From an uncultured Haloferula sp. (GTDB lineage: Bacteria; Verrucomicrobiota; Verrucomicrobiia; Verrucomicrobiales; Akkermansiaceae), in the NCBI GenBank assembly GCA_965652295.1, contig CBFGTS010000008.1, forward strand, positions 128,001 through 192,000: a stretch of DNA of 64,000 bases, written 5' to 3'. Position numbers and translations under genes: made by a program. This document shows, piece by piece, positions 40,288 to 49,626 of this stretch. How positions within the stretch are numbered: the first letter of the stretch is position 1; each line of letters opens with the position of its first letter. The notes under the pieces are model-generated. The model searched no databases and was not told the DNA's origin. It worked only from the letters and a program-made list of their open reading frames with translations.

Positions 40288-40954
40288 ACTGCTCGCCGCC
40301 CTCGTGGTTGCGGGTCCTCTTTTTGCTCAGGACCCTCCACCGAACATCGGCTTCATCCGCATGGTCAATGCCGTGGCCGCCGGCGAGGGAAACACCGAGG
40401 TGCTGGTGGACGGAGAGACACTCTACCCGAAAGGCTACAAGTTGGGTCAGAAGACGGGCGGCATCGGCCTGCCGGCGGGCAGCCGCCGGATCACGATCCG
40501 CAAGCAAGGCGTCGAGGAGGGCTCGACCTCGCTGGGCGTGGCTGCGGGGGCGACCACGACCCTGATCGCGTTTGCGGAAAGGGTGGAGCCGAAGGATCCC
40601 GAGGAGGAGGTCACGTACCGGGCTCGGATCTTACGGCTGAAGCAATCCGACCCCGAGCGGGGCTATCGGCTCACCGTGATCAGTGTGTGCACGGAGGAGG
40701 AAGTGGCCTTCAACGTCGCCACCGCGGCCCGGCGGGTGTTCGAGAAGACGGCGGTGAAGCGTTTTGATACCCGGACGATGGACCTGGGGAACGGACGCGG
40801 AGACGTGCAGATCAAGTTGCGCGGACGGCAGGAAACCCTTTGCGGCATGTCGCTCGCCGCGCCGGGCAACTATGTGGCGGTGTTCTACAACGACGCCGAA
40901 GGCAACATCAAAGCTCTCACGTTCTACGATCCGAAGTTCGTGATCGCCGGGTGA
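40271..40954 (+). CDS. Secreted hypothetical protein of the pilin cassette
   Basis: Signal peptide MKTVSKLLAALVVAGPLFAQD; GFIRMVNAV beta-rich start; overlaps the upstream gene. Confidence 0.7.
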   Translation: MKTVSKLLAALVVAGPLFAQDPPPNIGFIRMVNAVAAGEGNTEVLVDGETLYPKGYKLGQKTGGIGLPAGSRRITIRKQGVEEGSTSLGVAAGATTTLIAFAERVEPKDPEEEVTYRARILRLKQSDPERGYRLTVISVCTEEEVAFNVATAARRVFEKTAVKRFDTRTMDLGNGRGDVQIKLRGRQETLCGMSLAAPGNYVAVFYNDAEGNIKALTFYDPKFVIAG

Positions 40955-40961
40955 CGGACGT

Positions 40962-41612
40962 TCAGACGATCTCGACCACCTGTTCGCGGGGAAATCTCGC
41001 CTTGGGGCGGGCGGCGGTGTGATCGCTCTCCGCGCGGTGGCCGATGGCGCAGGCCACGCAGGTGGCGTAGCCGGTGCCGCCGAGGCCGAGCGCGACGTCG
41101 TATGCGGCGGGATCGATACCCTCCAAGGGGCAGGAATCCAGCCCCAGCACGGCGGCGGATGTCATCAGCTGGCCGAGCGCGATGTAGCACTGGCGGGTGT
41201 TCCAAGCGTGGCGTTCAGCGCGCGACATGCGGCCGGCGAAGCCTTCGATCATTCCCTTCATGGGGTCGAGCGCGTCCTTGGGCTGGCCTTGGGTTTCGGA
41301 AAGACAATCAATCCAGCGCTCGATGTCGTCCTGGGTCACATCGGTGCGGGCGGTGAGGACGACCAACTCGGCGGCTTCGGTGAGCTGGGGCTGGTTCCAC
41401 GAGGCGGCCTTGAGCTTCAGCCGCAGTTCCGGGTCGCGGACGATGAGGAATTTCCACGGCTGCAATCCGAATGACGAGGGAGTGAGCACCAAGCCCTCGA
41501 GCAAGGCCTCCATGGTCTCCTGAGGGACCGGCCGGGCGGGGTCGAAATGCTTGGTGGCGTAGCGGCGCTGGAGGGCGGAAAGAAGATCGTTGGGAGACAT
41601 GAAGCGGGTCAT
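40962..41612 (-). CDS. Nitroreductase / NAD(P)H-dependent oxidoreductase
   Basis: RYATKHFD, TPSSFGLQPWKF, GLDSCPLEG. Confidence 0.92.
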   Translation of the reverse strand: MTRFMSPNDLLSALQRRYATKHFDPARPVPQETMEALLEGLVLTPSSFGLQPWKFLIVRDPELRLKLKAASWNQPQLTEAAELVVLTARTDVTQDDIERWIDCLSETQGQPKDALDPMKGMIEGFAGRMSRAERHAWNTRQCYIALGQLMTSAAVLGLDSCPLEGIDPAAYDVALGLGGTGYATCVACAIGHRAESDHTAARPKARFPREQVVEIV

Positions 41613-44122
41613 TGGGCGTCGAGATCGAAGGGCACGGTGGCCGACGGGAAATCCTTGAGAGTGAAAGCGAAGACGACGCCGTATTCGTTGTCGATCCGGT
41701 TGTCCCTTGCAGTGATGCCGATCGAACCGACCCAGAAATCGAAGTCGCGGTGAATGGTGTACTGTTGGAGTTCGAGGGTGCCGTCATCCATTTCCCATAC
41801 TTGCGTGGCACCGAGGCCCCACTTGTCGTTCAGGCGCAGGAATGCCTGCGCATCGAGGCGGGTGGAATCGACCAGGATCGGGTGGTTGTTGAGGACCCGG
41901 TTACCCACGGTGAACTCGAAGTTTTCAGTGGGCATGAAGCGCAGCCGGGCGGCCACTTCCGAATAGCCGGAGCCATCGTCGACGATGGGGAACTGCGTTT
42001 CCAGTCTCAGGTCCAGCCATGGCAACGGATGCCAGGTGAGGTCGTTGTAGAGATTGGAAAACCGGCGGTTGAGACCTTCGGGATCCTCGAAAAACCCATC
42101 CATGTAGCTATCGAGATAAAGCCACTCAAAGCTCTGGCCGTCGCGCCGGGTGATGAGATGGTTGCGGGCACCGAGACGGATGATCGACCAACCGCGGAGC
42201 GAGTCGATGGCGGTGAAACGGTTCGGCGAGATGGTCCGCGGCCGGGTGCTGTAGGTTTCCCGGTCGATGGTGGGGAAGAGGGGATTGACGTCGTCAGTGC
42301 TGAGGTGGGAGAAGCGGGCGTAAGGCTGGAGGATGTGCAGCAGGCCTTCGAGGCCCCAGAAGCGGTCCTGATAATCGGCGTAGTCGCGCGAGAATTTCAC
42401 CGAGGTTTCCGCCCCGGTATAGAACAGGGCCCGGTCGAAAGAGCCGGCCGGTCCGTTGACCGAATCGTAACGGGAATAGCCGAAACCGACCTCGGGCGTG
42501 AAGTTGAGCCAACCGCCCAACTTGGTAGGCAGCGAGAACTCCTGGTAGGTGTGGAAGCGGTTGTAGCCGGGATTGAGCAACTGGGTGGTCAGGGCGGGGA
42601 TCAGCGGACTGCCGGCAGGGAGGGAGCGGAGCGTCTGGACGAGCTGCTGCTCATAGATCGGGAGGCGGTCGTAAAGGGTGGCGACGAGCGGGTTGCCCGG
42701 TGCCAGGGAAAGCAACGTCCGGGCGTCGTTGTCCGCGGCGGCTCCGATCCGCTCGTCGATCACGGCGAAGGAGGTGTTCCCCTCATGCAGGATCCGGGTG
42801 CCGAAGATCGGACGTCGCGATTGGTCGAAGGCGATTTCCGGCAGCCGCGTGTCGGAGCGGTAGAAATCGTTCGGCTGGAGGCGGGTGAAGAGGCTGAACA
42901 GCGAGCTGTCGTCGTGGCGGAAGATCCCGATGGTGTTGTCCGGTGCGGGATCGACGCGGAAGGCGCGCGGGTCGAAGTCCTCAAGGAAGTATTTGTCGCT
43001 CAGAACGTTCAGGTTGTAATCGGCGCGCCATTTGTCGCCGCCCTCCAGACCCAGCGGAACGCGATACTGGAGCGACGCCTGCCAGCGGTCTTCGTTCACC
43101 CGCCCGCGGGGAAGACCGGTGCGCGACACGGTTGGGTCGAGGTCGTTGGCGTAGTAGAGCGAGAAACCTTCGAGGTTCTTGTTGTCCTTCTGGCGGCGGT
43201 CCACCAGGTCGACGCCCATGCCCACGCCCCGCCGCGACCGGAGGTCGAGATTCCAGCGGGAGAGCAGCCAGGGATCCTCGTCGTCGCCGAGCAGGACGCC
43301 ATAGCTGTTGAGGAGGTAGGCACCCCAGTTGCTGCGGGCCCCGGGGATGAAATGGTAGCCGAGATCGGCGTCCAGTGGCTGCGCGAAGTAGGGCAGCCAG
43401 AAGATCGGCGTGTCGCCGGCGAAGACCTTCATGTTCTTGAAGGTCACGCGGTCGTCCGGGTAGACGCGGGTCTCGTCCGCCCGCACCCAGAAGCGGGGGT
43501 TTTCCACATCGTCGGTGGTGATGCCGGCGTGCTGGCCAACGAAGACCTGCCCGGCATTTCCCTGCTCAAGCACGAAGCCATCGGCCTCCAGCAGCAGCGG
43601 ATCGACTCCGGTGCGCAGGCCGGAAGCGTCGAGCTTGCCGGTTTCCATGAAGTAAACGACCTGGCGACCCCGCTGGACGCTCTGGCCTTGGTAAATGGAG
43701 ACGTCGCCCGTGAGTGTGACGGTTTTCGATGTGTCATCGAGTTCGCCTCGGTCGGCGAAAACCTCGACGCCGGTCTCGGTGCGCAGTTTCACGTCGCCGG
43801 TGACGACGAGTTTCTTGTCGTTGCCGCGGTAGACCGCCTTGTTGGCGCGGAGGGTCATTCCGGTGTCGGCGGTCGCCACGATGGCTCCCTTTGAAATCAC
43901 GGAGTTCGTCGATTGTTCCGCATCGAAGCCGCCGTCGAAGTCGATCGTGACCGATTCCGGCATGGCCGGTTGGATGTCCTCCGCGAGCATCAGGTCGGAA
44001 TCCGTCGGCAGCGGCACCGGGGTGATCGGACCGATCTCCGGCGCGGATTCGTTGACCTCCGGCAGCACGTCCTGGGCGGCGAGGGGAAGGAGCGGGAAAA
44101 GCAGGGCGGCGGCGAACCTCAT
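41609..44122 (-). CDS. LptD-like LPS-assembly outer-membrane protein
   Basis: Signal peptide, OstA-like N-terminal beta region, PIFWLPYF motif, long beta-barrel. Confidence 0.78.
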   Translation of the reverse strand: MRFAAALLFPLLPLAAQDVLPEVNESAPEIGPITPVPLPTDSDLMLAEDIQPAMPESVTIDFDGGFDAEQSTNSVISKGAIVATADTGMTLRANKAVYRGNDKKLVVTGDVKLRTETGVEVFADRGELDDTSKTVTLTGDVSIYQGQSVQRGRQVVYFMETGKLDASGLRTGVDPLLLEADGFVLEQGNAGQVFVGQHAGITTDDVENPRFWVRADETRVYPDDRVTFKNMKVFAGDTPIFWLPYFAQPLDADLGYHFIPGARSNWGAYLLNSYGVLLGDDEDPWLLSRWNLDLRSRRGVGMGVDLVDRRQKDNKNLEGFSLYYANDLDPTVSRTGLPRGRVNEDRWQASLQYRVPLGLEGGDKWRADYNLNVLSDKYFLEDFDPRAFRVDPAPDNTIGIFRHDDSSLFSLFTRLQPNDFYRSDTRLPEIAFDQSRRPIFGTRILHEGNTSFAVIDERIGAAADNDARTLLSLAPGNPLVATLYDRLPIYEQQLVQTLRSLPAGSPLIPALTTQLLNPGYNRFHTYQEFSLPTKLGGWLNFTPEVGFGYSRYDSVNGPAGSFDRALFYTGAETSVKFSRDYADYQDRFWGLEGLLHILQPYARFSHLSTDDVNPLFPTIDRETYSTRPRTISPNRFTAIDSLRGWSIIRLGARNHLITRRDGQSFEWLYLDSYMDGFFEDPEGLNRRFSNLYNDLTWHPLPWLDLRLETQFPIVDDGSGYSEVAARLRFMPTENFEFTVGNRVLNNHPILVDSTRLDAQAFLRLNDKWGLGATQVWEMDDGTLELQQYTIHRDFDFWVGSIGITARDNRIDNEYGVVFAFTLKDFPSATVPFDLDAQ

Positions 44123-44207
44123 TGCCGTCGGATTGCAGGGCGGGCCGGGCTGCAAGTAAAGGTGGAAAGCGATTGCGTGGCACCGCAGCCGGAGGATGTT
44201 GGAGAGC

Positions 44208-45095
44208 ATGGATGGAGGAAGTCTAGGAATCGTGGGTGCCAGCGGATTCATCGGCGGGGCGCTGGGTCGCCTCGCGTCCTCCAGTGGTTGGCGGGTGATC
44301 GGTTTCAGTCGGCACCCGGGGCTGGCGGAGGGGTCGGTGGCGGAGTGGCGGGAATGGGGCGCGTCACCGGATCTGAGCGGCCTGGGTGCCATCGTGAATC
44401 TGGCGGGCGAGGCGATCGATAAGCGCTGGACGGACGAGCGGAAGCGGCGCTTCCGCGAGAGCCGGGTGGGCACGACGCGGACTTTGGTCGACGCGCTGGC
44501 GAGGACGGACGACGGACCACGGGTGCTGCTGAACGGCTCCGCCGTGGGTTTTTACGGCAACCGGGGTGATGAGCGGCTGACGGAAGACTCGGAACCCGGC
44601 CATGGTTTCCTGGCGGATCTTTGTCGGGATTGGGAGGCCGCGGCCTTCGCTGCGACCCAGAAGCGGGTGATCACCTGGCGGACCGGCGTGGTGCTGGGCG
44701 CGGGCGGCGCGGCGTGGAAAAAGATGCGGCTGGCCTTTTCGCTGGGCCTCGGCGGCCGGCTCGGTGGCGGGCACCAGTGGATGCCATGGGTGCACATCGA
44801 CGACCTCGTCGGCGGGATGCTTCACGCGCTGGAGCGTGGTCTTTCGGGTCCGGTGAATGGAACCGCGCCTTCGCCGGTGCGGAACTCCGAGATGACCACG
44901 GAACTTGCAAAGGTCCTGCGCCGACCGGCTTTCATGCATGTTCCGGGATGGGCCTTGCGTATCGGGCTGGGAGAGTTCGCCACCGCCATCCTGGCCAGTC
45001 AGCGTGTCGTGCCGAGGGCTCTGGAGGCTTCGGGATATACGTTCCGCTTCCCCACGCTCCGGGCTGCGCTGGAGGATTTGGTGGACGATGACTGA
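44208..45095 (+). CDS. TIGR01777-type NAD-dependent epimerase (YfcH/SDR39U1-like)
   Basis: GASGFIG, VNLAGE, SAVGFYG, CRDWE, GGHQWMPWVHIDD. Start may be 44196. Confidence 0.9.
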   Translation: MDGGSLGIVGASGFIGGALGRLASSSGWRVIGFSRHPGLAEGSVAEWREWGASPDLSGLGAIVNLAGEAIDKRWTDERKRRFRESRVGTTRTLVDALARTDDGPRVLLNGSAVGFYGNRGDERLTEDSEPGHGFLADLCRDWEAAAFAATQKRVITWRTGVVLGAGGAAWKKMRLAFSLGLGGRLGGGHQWMPWVHIDDLVGGMLHALERGLSGPVNGTAPSPVRNSEMTTELAKVLRRPAFMHVPGWALRIGLGEFATAILASQRVVPRALEASGYTFRFPTLRAALEDLVDDD

Positions 45096-45152
45096 AGCGG
45101 GCGCTGCCTCGCATTGAGTTTCGTTTCCGGTTCGGCTGAAATGGGCCCGGCG

Positions 45153-47474
45153 ATGAAAAGGCAGGAGGATCTCGCACTGGAAAGGCACCCGGGTGTGCTC
45201 AAGGTCGAGGAGCGGCCGGACCACACGGTGGTCGATGTGGCGTTCGACCCCTCGGTGCTGAGCGATGGCGAAGTGAGGGAACTGATCCGCGAGCATGTGG
45301 GGCGGTCGCTGCCGGAGATGCGAAAATCCGTTTACCGCCTCGAAAGCCACGCCTGCGAGGCCTGTGCGGCGAAGTTGGAGCGGCGGGTGGCGGGTTTGCC
45401 GGGAGTCCGGCGGGCGTTGGCCACCTACCTCGGGAAGGTGCTTTCCATCACCTTCGATCCGGCGGTGGAAAGCGAGGAAGGCATGGAGCGCCGGCTGCGC
45501 GCCGCCGGGGCCAGGATCGCGCCGCTGGGCGAGCGCCGTCCCCAGCCTGCCGGTCTTGCCGAAAGGCTCCGGAGCGGCGCATTGAACGAGGAAATTTCCT
45601 GCGGTCTGGGGCTACTCTGTCTGATCGCTGCCATCCTCGTGGAGAAAACCGCCGGGATCGGGCTGTCGACTCATCTGCTCTACGGAGGGGCCTACCTTTT
45701 CGCAGGCCAAGCGGGGCTCCGGTCGGCGTGGGCTTCGCTGAGGGAGCGGGAACTCGATGTCGATGTCCTGATGGTGCTCGCGGCCTTGGGTGCGGCGGCG
45801 ATCGGTCAGCCATTCGAGGGCGCGTTGCTGCTGTTCCTGTTCAGCTTTTCAAACGTGCTGCAGCGCCACGCGATGGACCGCACCTCGCGTGCGATCGAAT
45901 CGCTGCTGACCTTGCGGCCGAGCGAGGCCTCGGTGAAGCGGAACGGCGGCTTGGAGATGGTAGCAGTCGAGGAGCTGCACGTCGGCGAGATCGTGGTGGT
46001 CAAGCCGGGCGAGCAGATTCCTGTCGACGGCGAGCTGATCGAGGGGCGGACCAGCGTCGACGAATCCTCGCTGACCGGGGAATCAATGCCCGTCTCCAAG
46101 GGCGAGGGTTCCCTCGTGTTCGCGGGAACGATCAACCAGACGGGTGGCATTTCCCTGAAGGTCACCAAGCGCGCCGAGGACTCGACGCTGGCGCGGATGG
46201 TCAAGCTGGTGGCGGAAGCACAGGCGGAAAAATCAGGGACCCAGCGGTTCCTCGAAAGGGCGGAGCGCTGGTATGCGCTGGGAGTCATCCTCCTGACGAT
46301 CGCGGTCCTGTCGGTGCCGTGGTTGTTGCATGGCGAGGTTTTCTCCCAGGCCTTCTACCGGGCGATGACCGTGATGGTGGTCGCCTCCCCCTGTGCCCTG
46401 ATCATCAGTACGCCGGCCACCGTACTTTCCGCGATTGGTGGAGCGGCGCGGAAGGGGATCCTGATCAAGGGCGGGTCGCATCTCGATCGGGCGGCGACGA
46501 TCGACATCGTGGCGATCGACAAAACCGGCACCTTGACCCTCGGTCGACCGTCCGTGACCGAGATCGTGACGGGCGGGCGGATCGAGCAGGCTTCGTCTCT
46601 CAGCGGGCAGGCGCGCGAATGGCTGAGGCTGTGCTCCGCGCTCGAGGCCCGGTCCGAGCATCCGTTGGCGCAGGCGATCGTGGCAGCGAGCGGCGGCGGG
46701 CTTCCGGAGGCGTTGGATTTCCAGGCGGTGACGGGAAAGGGCGCGGAGGCCCGCGTCGAAGGCCGGAGCTTCGTGGTCGGCAGCGCGCGCTTCATGGAAG
46801 AACTGGGTGCCACAGCGGTGCCGGAGGTTTCCGAGGCGGTGAGTCGGTTGCAGGATCAGGGCAAGACCTGCGCCTGGTTCGCCGAGCGGGACGGGGAGGG
46901 TGTGGTGGTCCGGGCGGTGATCGCCATGGCCGACACGGTGCGGCCGGGTTCGGCAAGGTTGGTCGCGGAGCTGAAGGCGTTGGGTGTGCGGCGGGTGGTC
47001 ATGCTGACCGGCGATCAGCAGCGGGTGGCCGAGGCGATCGGCCGTGAGACCGGCGTCGATGAGGTGCGCGCCGGACTGCTGCCGGAGGACAAACTGAAGG
47101 TCATCCGAGCGCTCAAGGAGGAGGGTCGGGTGCTGATGGCGGGGGACGGCGTCAATGACGCGCCGGCGCTGGCGGCGTCGGATCTAGGGGTGGCGATGGG
47201 CGCGGCCGGGACCGATGTGGCGATGGAAACGGCCGATGTCGTGTTGATGGGCGATCGGGTGGAAAATCTGCCGATCCTGCTGCGTCACGCCCGTCGGGCA
47301 CGGCGGGTACTGTTGCAGAACCTGGTTTTCGCGGCCTCGGTGATCGCGATCCTGGTGCTTGCCGCCCTCGGATTTTCCCTGCCGCTGCCGGTGGGTGTGG
47401 TGGGCCACGAGGGCAGCACGGTGCTGGTGTGCCTGAACGGCCTGCGACTGCTCATGATCCGGAGTGGGAGCTAG
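45153..47474 (+). CDS. Heavy-metal translocating P1B-type ATPase
   Basis: [31 protein letters not shown]-terminal CEAC. Start approximate. Confidence 0.95.
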   Translation: MKRQEDLALERHPGVLKVEERPDHTVVDVAFDPSVLSDGEVRELIREHVGRSLPEMRKSVYRLESHACEACAAKLERRVAGLPGVRRALATYLGKVLSITFDPAVESEEGMERRLRAAGARIAPLGERRPQPAGLAERLRSGALNEEISCGLGLLCLIAAILVEKTAGIGLSTHLLYGGAYLFAGQAGLRSAWASLRERELDVDVLMVLAALGAAAIGQPFEGALLLFLFSFSNVLQRHAMDRTSRAIESLLTLRPSEASVKRNGGLEMVAVEELHVGEIVVVKPGEQIPVDGELIEGRTSVDESSLTGESMPVSKGEGSLVFAGTINQTGGISLKVTKRAEDSTLARMVKLVAEAQAEKSGTQRFLERAERWYALGVILLTIAVLSVPWLLHGEVFSQAFYRAMTVMVVASPCALIISTPATVLSAIGGAARKGILIKGGSHLDRAATIDIVAIDKTGTLTLGRPSVTEIVTGGRIEQASSLSGQAREWLRLCSALEARSEHPLAQAIVAASGGGLPEALDFQAVTGKGAEARVEGRSFVVGSARFMEELGATAVPEVSEAVSRLQDQGKTCAWFAERDGEGVVVRAVIAMADTVRPGSARLVAELKALGVRRVVMLTGDQQRVAEAIGRETGVDEVRAGLLPEDKLKVIRALKEEGRVLMAGDGVNDAPALAASDLGVAMGAAGTDVAMETADVVLMGDRVENLPILLRHARRARRVLLQNLVFAASVIAILVLAALGFSLPLPVGVVGHEGSTVLVCLNGLRLLMIRSGS

Positions 47475-47539
47475 TGTCCCCCGGGCTCTTCCTTTGCTCT
47501 TGCGGATGGCCGGGCGGCTGCTTGGCTGGAAGCCGCTCC

Positions 47540-48421
47540 ATGGCCGCACCCCAGAACCGCATCGCGCTGGTCTTCGACTACGACCAGACCCTCAGCCCGC
47601 GTTACATGCAGGACGACGTGTTGTTTCCCGAATTCGGGATCGACCCGGTGCAGTTCTGGAAAAAGTGCAATGATCTGGTGAAGGACCAGCAATGGGATGG
47701 CGAACTTGCCTACCTGAAGTGCCTCCTCGATTACCTGGAAATGGACCGCGTGACGAACGCACGGCTCAAGGAGCTGGGTGCGGGACTGCGGTATTTTCCC
47801 GGCGTGCCGGAAGTCTTCGACGAGCTTTCGAAGTCGGTGCTTTCCCCCGACCACGAGGCGGCCGGGATCACCGTCGAGTTCTACATCATCTCCTCCGGCC
47901 TCAAGGCCTTGCTTGACGGCTCGCCCCTCGCCAAGCGGGTCGAACGGATCTTCGGCTGCGAGTTCGGAGAAAACGCAGCCGGCCAGATTTCGTTCCCGAA
48001 ACGGGCGATCTCGCACACCACCAAGACCCAGTTCCTTTTTCGCATCAACAAGGGCATGCTGGATTATTCGCAGGACGTGAACGACCACATGCCGCCGGAG
48101 ATCCGGCCGATTCCGTTCGAGAACATGATCTATGTCGGGGACGGTCCGACCGACGTACCGTGCTTCACCGTGATTGCGAGAAACGGTGGGCACGGCATCG
48201 CGGTCTACAACCCGGAGGACCCGACCGGCCGCAGCTTCCGCAAATGCTTCCAGCTCTGTGCCCACGCCAACCGGGTGAAGCACATCGCCCCGGCCGACTA
48301 CCGCCAGGGCAGCCACTTGTGGCTCCTGATGACCGAGATGGTCCGGGAAATCGCCGACCGCATCCTGCGCAACCGCGCCGAGGAAAAGGCGCGCGGAACG
48401 ATTGCCGCGCCGACGTTCTGA
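47540..48421 (+). CDS. HAD-superfamily hydrolase
   Basis: [20 protein letters not shown] motifs. Confidence 0.85.
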   Translation: MAAPQNRIALVFDYDQTLSPRYMQDDVLFPEFGIDPVQFWKKCNDLVKDQQWDGELAYLKCLLDYLEMDRVTNARLKELGAGLRYFPGVPEVFDELSKSVLSPDHEAAGITVEFYIISSGLKALLDGSPLAKRVERIFGCEFGENAAGQISFPKRAISHTTKTQFLFRINKGMLDYSQDVNDHMPPEIRPIPFENMIYVGDGPTDVPCFTVIARNGGHGIAVYNPEDPTGRSFRKCFQLCAHANRVKHIAPADYRQGSHLWLLMTEMVREIADRILRNRAEEKARGTIAAPTF

Positions 48422-48567
48422 GGTGACTTGGTGGACGATTCACCCGGCTTTCGGATGAGCCGCAAGGCGAATAGATAGTGCCAATGCTGGGTGCGTTGCA
48501 CCCAGCCTCAATTCCCGTCAAAGGAACACCCCCATCATCAATGTGGCAAAAATTCTTGCCATGGTCC

Positions 48568-48791
48568 GATGATTTATCATCTCTTGTCGCGTCCGCTCCG
48601 GCGGATGAGGACTTCAAAACCTCGCACTACGCGGTCGGCATCGGCCGTGAACGATGTCGCCAAACCGACAAAAAGGCCGGGGAGGCGGCGGCGTATGTCC
48701 AGGCCGCTGTCCCACGGGATGTCGGCTAAAGGCCGTTGCGGCCGACGTAGTGCGGCTTTTGAACTCCCCGTCCACCGGAAGGTAAATCATC
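48568..48791. repeat. Long imperfect inverted repeat (candidate structured RNA or REPIN-like element)
   Basis: 48597-48646 pairs with 48731-48779 (about 41 Watson-Crick pairs by manual alignment). Inner stems lie at 48665-48725, and an outer stem pairs 48568-48578 with 48781-48791. Confidence 0.75.
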
Positions 48792-48804
48792 CCCCTTCCT
48801 GATC

Positions 48805-49626
48805 ATGTTATCCCGTTCCCGTATCCCCCTTCTGTTCCCGGGGCTTCTCTTTTGCGCTGCTGCGGGTGGTGCCTTGGCCGAGTCGCCCCGGAACCCCGTC
48901 CGCCTTGAGGTCACGCCGGGCATTCCGGACCCGGCTGAGATTCTTTTCACTCCTCCTCCTCCGCCCCAGCCGGTGCCGGCGATGAGGGTCGATTCCGCGG
49001 TGGTCCGGCAAGTGGCGGGTCACCGGATCACGGTCGTGCGCGGAGAGCCATCGGCTCTGCCCGATATCCCCGTGCCTCCAGTGGCAGCCCGCTCTGCGGA
49101 GCCCGTCGACTTCTCCGGGCCCGCGGTGAAATCATTTTTCATCGGCATGTCGGTGACGGTGTACGATCACCGCATCAGCCAGGTGAAATGGTCCGATCCG
49201 GAGACCGGCGAACGCCATGAAGCATGGTGCGGCTGGGATTGGGAACTGCTCTCGCCCATCCAGCAGGTCGAGGGAGAAGGAGTTTCCTATGGTCTGTTTT
49301 TCAGTCCGTTGCATGAGCAACGCTCGGCCGCGTTCGATCTACCGGAGGGAGAGTTCCGGTTGACGCAGGGAAACCCGGAGTCCCCATGCGGGGAGGCTCT
49401 GATCGCCGCGATGCAGTCTTTCCACGCGGAGCATCGCACCCGGCTGCATGAGGTGCTGGCCGCGCGGCAAAGGTGCCGCGAGGAGGCGGTGGCGTGGAAG
49501 AAAGCGAATCCGCCCACGGCGCAGAATCACACCGTCTGGCTCCGGCCCCACCGCGGGAGCCGTTATTTGCGGGAAGCTGCCGGCACCATCACGCAGGCTG
49601 CGGGCGGAAAGGAGGAGTCGCGATGA
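48805..49626 (+). CDS. Secreted hypothetical protein (putative accessory gene of the downstream locus)
   Basis: Signal peptide, Pro-rich stretch, C-terminal WKKANPP; ATGA overlap with the next gene. Confidence 0.7.
   Translation: MLSRSRIPLLFPGLLFCAAAGGALAESPRNPVRLEVTPGIPDPAEILFTPPPPPQPVPAMRVDSAVVRQVAGHRITVVRGEPSALPDIPVPPVAARSAEPVDFSGPAVKSFFIGMSVTVYDHRISQVKWSDPETGERHEAWCGWDWELLSPIQQVEGEGVSYGLFFSPLHEQRSAAFDLPEGEFRLTQGNPESPCGEALIAAMQSFHAEHRTRLHEVLAARQRCREEAVAWKKANPPTAQNHTVWLRPHRGSRYLREAAGTITQAAGGKEESR

Noticed and set aside
48544..48561. Possible sigma54 promoter (TGGCA...TTGC)
   Set aside because: GG-to-GC spacing is 11 nt on both strands rather than the required 10. Kept only as a dyad.
48421..48805. 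Retron msr-msd or DGR interpretation of the long hairpin; short ORFs 48478-48729 and 48491-48802
   Set aside because: No reverse transcriptase was recognised in the window. The short ORFs lack motifs and overlap the inverted repeat.
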